In this document: piece by piece, positions 58,761-64,000 of the stretch | Layout: every line of letters begins with the position of its first letter | Position numbering within the stretch: position 1 is the first letter of the stretch | Source of the DNA: Monocercomonoides exilis PA203 | Lineage: Eukaryota > Protista > Preaxostyla | NCBI GenBank assembly: GCA_001643675.2 | Contig: LSRY02000011.1 | Span: 1,364,001 to 1,428,000, forward strand | Direction of reading: 5' to 3' | Length of the DNA: 64,000 nt | Translations under genes and position numbers: made by a program | Notes under the pieces: model-generated | Told to the model about the DNA's origin: nothing | The model's database searches: none | The model's input: the letters and a program-made list of their open reading frames with translations, nothing else

Positions 58761-59533
58761 TTTTGCGAATAATTTAATTTATAATGGAATTTTTAATGTG
58801 AAAAAAAACCTTTTTATTCCTTTGTCATCCTCCATTTTCTAAAATTATTTATTCACTTTCTCCAATAATAATTTTGTCAAAAGACATTCAGTAATCCAAA
58901 AAGCTCACAAATAAAGTCACAAAATTAAAAGAAAATAACTTCAAAAAGTTGATAATTCACAAAATATTATTATTATTCCTTCTTTTTTCAATAAAAATTG
59001 TGTTGTTTGATTCCAAAATGAAAGATTATTTTTCAAGAAAAAAAATTAACGAGAGATGAACATTTTGAAAAACTTTTTGATTTTTTTCATTTTCATTCAA
59101 AGGAAAAAATTGAAGATATCTGTTTGGATGACTAATTAAAATATTTTTGATAACAGATATAAATATTTTTTTTTCACAAATACAACCTTGAAGAAATTAT
59201 ATGTTTTTTCGATTTATTCGTTCAAAATCAAATGTGGAATTTTTTTATTTGCACAATAATGATGAAACATTTTTTGTTCAAATTTTCAACTTTTGGAAAC
59301 CTACTCAAGATAATTTCTTCTTTTCTTATTTTGTTGATTCAATCAAGTGAAATATAATAATTCATTTTCAAAACTTTCACGAATAAATGTCAAAATTTAA
59401 AATTTCTTTCAACAAAAGTGGACGAACAACAAAATATCTCACAAACCAATGTCAGAATGTTAAAATTTTTGTGCAAACAATGAATTAAAAATAATCTTTT
59501 CAAAATATAATATTCACATAATTGTATAAAATA

Positions 59534-60881
59534 AAAAAATTTTGGATAAGATCAATTGGAAAAAATATTTTTAAGGTATCCCACGAGGGTCACACCTTGG
59601 GTGGCATTTTTTTTGCACGAATCGATTTGCTGTTATGAAGGTGTGTGAAATATATCAAAAAAAGGGGTGCCAAGGTGTGACCTCTTTTTCGAAAAATGTA
59701 TCTCAAATTTTCAGATCAAAAATCTGTGAAAATTTTTTTCTTTTTTGTTCTTTTAAGAACGAGAAAATGTGTATTTTCTATTTGCGTTCATACATTTCAT
59801 AATTATTAAAACAACAATATTCATTAAAAATGATTAAAAAAATGTGTGTTTTGCACTCTTTTCAATTAGAAAAAAATTCCATAACTTTATTTCAAAATAT
59901 TCTTTCAACAATTTTTCTCCACATTGACGTTGTATCGAGGTTTGTTTTTTTGTTAACTTATGAGGAAAACACATGCTTTAAAACAAATCTTTCTTCTAGG
60001 AAATCAACACGTGTTCTTTCTTTGTTTTAAGTGAAAATATTTGTATGATTGATGAGGAAAAGAATAATTGCTAATAAAAAGGCAGAGAAGGAAGTTCGAT
60101 ATTTATTTATTTTTCCATATATGAATATTAGCCTGTTGATGTTTTTTGTGTTGTTTTAGGGGCAGCAGGTCAAAAAGAATGAAAATGAATGAAAGCGGGA
60201 TATCTCATTGTGCAGGCTGACCATCGAGTTGGGAGAGCGAATTCATACGAAAAGTGCACAGGGTGAAGGGATTGGGAAGGGAATTGGAGTTATATTTTCA
60301 GACGGAAAAACAGGATATTTTTCAATGATGAGGGTGGAATTGAGCAGAATGCATAAATTTCACATTTTTCAGAAGGAAGGGAAATCAATGCATTTGAAGC
60401 TAAAATGACTTCTGGAAAGGATGGTTGGCAAATCAGATGATGAAACACTTGAAAAAGGAAGGAATAAAAAAATTTAATTGGAGGAAAACAGATACCAACT
60501 GAATAAAATATAGATATTGCCAATAAAAAAGTTTGGAAGGTTTGTTGTTGTTGTTTTTTTGAAGTGATTATTATTTTGTTTTAAGAATGCTGAAAGAGCG
60601 AAGGATAAGATGATTTTGAAGAATAAAAAGAAAAGTTTGGGGGAAAAAATAAAGACAGACAGATGAAATTCAAGATATTTCGAAGATTCCCAGCATTGGG
60701 CTTTGGCAAAGAATTATTTTTGAGGAAAGATGATTTTTTGTGAAAAAAGGGGAAGTGAAAAATCGAAAGAAATGGAATGAAAAAGAGATCGCTCAATATT
60801 TCACTTTTTTGTTGGAGAGGGGGGATGATTGAGCTGAAAGTGAAAAGGATTCTGAGGTTTCTTTTCGGCTGAAGAAGACAA
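59534..60881. repeat. Right arm of the ~1.35-kb inverted repeat
   Basis: See 52389-53736. Confidence 0.95.
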
Positions 60882-62235
60882 TAACCTGAAGACGAGAATT
60901 TCAATGAATATCTCCGTTGATGTAAATTGACACTCATCTTCTTTAAATCCAACAATTAATCATTTCATGACATTCATTCATCATCTTCTTCTTCTTCATA
61001 ATCAAATATTTCAACATCATATCATACAGTATCTTCTTCTGTTTTCTCTTTCTCTTCCTCATCATTTTCATCCTCCTTATCCTTCTCTTTCATTTCATGC
61101 ACCTTTCATTCACCTCCTCCTCTCAACCAACAGATCTTCCCTTGTTCCTTCTTCATTGGCTCTTCAATTCTCTTCTCTTTCTCCATCTTTCCCTTCTCTC
61201 TCTTCTCTCTCTCACATCCCTTCTCTCCCTCATTCTTTTCTCACTCAACAGCTTCTTTCTCAGTCAACTTCACCTGATCTTTCTCCTTTTCCTCCGCCTT
61301 TCTTTGATGAAGACAACGAATTTACAAACATTCGCACAAGAAAACTTCAATTGAGGCAGAACAGACTGAGATGGGTGCAGAAAAACAAGCAGATGTCGAA
61401 CAAAGAGCAGAGGAAGCTGGCTATTTTCACTGGAATATTTGAGAATGGGAATAATTGGAAAGATAGAAAAGGAAAAAGAGGAAATGGAGTGAGATGAATA
61501 ACACGAAAAACAGCAATGAGGGAGAGAGAGAAGGAGAAGTGGAAGGAGAAACTGAAAGAGAGAGAGAAAGAGAAAGAGAAAAGAGAGAAATTTCATGATT
61601 TAAAACTATTAGGCGATTGGGTGGAGCTTCTTGATACAGACGAGGCAGTCGATGAACGTGGAGTCAATCCATTGACACTCGAAAACTCCTCATCTTCCAA
61701 CACAATCAACACATTTGATTTTCCTGGCTATGTAACCAATCTTATTGACAACTTTCTCTTTGAGCAATTACTGAACAATGGCGATGGCATTCTGCGAAGA
61801 AGATTCGGTTCGCTTGCAAACAGCCTCATTTCGAGCAGAGAATTGTCTGTTTTTCAGTCAGATGCGATCTGAATCCATCTTTTGTGCCTCGAAGACAAAG
61901 ACTGAGAAAAAGCAATCAAAATTCAACATAAACCTTTTTTACTCATTCAATTGCTGGCATTGGCACAGGAACAGGAACATCTCCTTCTTCATTACCCAAT
62001 GAATCTTTTATTTCTCTTTGTCAGCCATCTCCTTCTCCCTCTCCTTCATCATCATCATCATCATCTTCTTCTTCTTCTTCCTCTTCTTCTGTCTACCAAT
62101 CAGAGCCAATTTCATTCAGAATCCATTCTTCTGCTTATTCCTCCATTCCACCTGCCATTTCAGCCACTTCTTCATTCAATTCCCCCACCTCTTCCATCAC
62201 AATGACACAAACTTCAACCTCTTCTTCATTCTTCT

Positions 62236-62298
62236 TCTTTCTCTTCTTCCTTCTCTTCTTCCTTCTCTTCTTCCTTCTCTTCTTCCTTCTCTTCTTCT
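62236..62298 (+). repeat. (CTTCTCTTCTTC)n 12-bp tandem repeat
   Basis: Directly visible. Confidence 0.85.
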
Positions 62299-64000
62299 TA
62301 TTCTTCTTCGTTGCTGCCCTTTTCTAGAAACAAATTTCTGACAGGCGTTGAGCAGCAGATGAGGTGGATGAGGCAGCAGTTCGGAAGAAGAAGGAAAAGA
62401 CAAAATTTTGTTCTTTCACGATATGCGTTTGAGGCGCTGCCGCTGTTTGCAGAGTTTCGGATGGTGGAGCAGAATGCAGAGAATTTGGAGAAGAGGAAGA
62501 GAGAAAGAGAGAGAGCGAAGGAAAGAGAGAGAGAAGCAAGGAACGAGAGGAGAGAGGAGAGAAGAACAAAATTACTGATAAGTTGAGGAAGGAATTAAAG
62601 CATGCAAGTGATAGGGATAATAGCTACAATGAAAATGAATATTTAGCAAAAGCAGAAGAAAACGAGAGTATATCATTGATTAGAAGAAATTCTCTGAAGA
62701 AAACAAAAAAGAAAGAAGAAAGTGAATGCCTTTACAACAGCTCCATCTTCAGCCATGAAGACAGGAGAAGAAAGATGAGACACAAACAGAGATAAAAACT
62801 GCTTCGGCTGATGAAACCGAAGGAGATATAGAGGAAAGATGAATGAGAAAGATGAGCGGGAGAGCAGGAAAATGGAGAAAGAAGAAAAAGACAAGAATTT
62901 GTTTAACAGCATCCCAGGAATACTACAACCACACCTTGAGACAGGCACGCCGAACAACCAGAAGGAGAACAAAATGGCCAGCTAGGCACAGCAAGAGGCG
63001 AAAGAAAGTCAAACGCCAATTTTGACGAGAGAGCGGAAATTGGACTGCATGCTGAATGATTTAGCCAATTCTGACTTAGAAGATTTGGACAATGAACTGG
63101 ATGTGCCTTGCCGCTATGTGCGTATTAAAAGCGAAAAAAAACAGGCAATTTGTGTGGAAGATGCGAAAATTGCCTGTGTGTGCAGCAGTCGACGCGAGGC
63201 AGACGAGAACAAGACTGGATCTAATGAGTGCGCTGAAGATCGTTCTTAAGCAAAGACGTGCGGAACTGCAAAGAGGAAGCATAAGTGACACACAGAAAGG
63301 GAAGGAAAGGAGAAGGGAAAAGATAACCGCAACTGTTTCAGAAGGAGAAATGGATAAGAACCTGTAGAAAGAGCAGTGTACCTGGGAGAAGAGATGCGCT
63401 GTCGTTTTCAAAATTGGAATCTTTCTTCGCGTAGCAGAATTCGATGGCGATGGATTTGATGAGGAAATATTCTGCACTCAATTTGGTTGCGCCTTTTGAT
63501 TCAGCTGCTGATTTTGCTGCAAATACAAATATTGCTCTTCATCCTCTTTCTCACTGAACTTTTTCACTTGTCAGTTCTCCCTTGTTTATGAACGCCCAAC
63601 AACAGTCTTCTCGTTCTTTCAGAACATCTCAATCTCCTTCCCTCTTATCTCGATCCGTTCATCCATATTCTGCTAATCCTGCTGCTCCTGGTTCACTTTC
63701 TCCACTTTCACTATCTGCTCTATCTTCGTCTCCTTCTCTTTCGTTCAGCTTTCGTCAAATTCATCATTAGGCCTCGTCTATCATTCCTATTCAGAAGCAC
63801 AGATAATTATTTATTCTGAAATAGAATTTCAACCAACCTAACACGTTAATGAAATGAATAATATTGATCTGGAATAGCCTATCATCGTGCATGCAACAGA
63901 AAATAGAGATAGACTCAGCTTTTCATTTGGAAGCTGAAAGAATTCACAGAAAGCAGAAAGAGCAGGGCAGAAAACAATATTTGGTACGAATGATTATATG

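Larger units (their letters stand above)
53586..59684 (-). mobile_element. Sola-like DNA transposon carrying a USP-transposase fusion; inferred termini 5'-GAG...CTC-3' (may extend to 52389-60881)
   Basis: Transposase gene lies between inverted repeats. GAGGTCACACCTTGG at 53586 recurs inverted (CCAAGGTGTGACCCTC) ~100 bp inside, as a subterminal binding site would. No TSD could be resolved. Confidence 0.65.

Overview
AT-rich eukaryotic DNA with GT-AG introns and the standard code (two ~2,700-codon ORFs contain no in-frame TAA/TAG). The gene families suggest a Monocercomonoides-like oxymonad/metamonad protist (inference). Host genes: a GC-rich TKL (pseudo)kinase, two tRNA-Leu(AAG), a U-box protein, a WGR-PARP, and two inverted paralogues of a giant secreted beta-helix/transmembrane/pseudokinase receptor that are mosaics of identical and divergent blocks. 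Mobile DNA: a decayed pogo-like element and two divergent Sola-like (DDD, HHGKxxCD) transposons. One (28695-35677) has GGGG..CCCC TIRs and an ATTT TSD. The other encodes an apparently intact 3-exon transposase with an internal ubiquitin-specific protease (USP/C19) domain and lies between ~1.35-kb indel-free inverted repeats. Main discovery: both Sola-like transposases are followed, on their sense strand, by a ~140-165-nt three-way-junction RNA. Its helices differ in sequence but still pair, while the junction nucleotides (UGCUUA / GGACAWGACUG / CAGYYUCCCAGG) are conserved. This is a candidate undescribed transposon-associated ncRNA. Regions 25-32 kb, 47-52 kb and 61-64 kb are mostly decayed gene fragments and low-complexity sequence that I could not annotate confidently.
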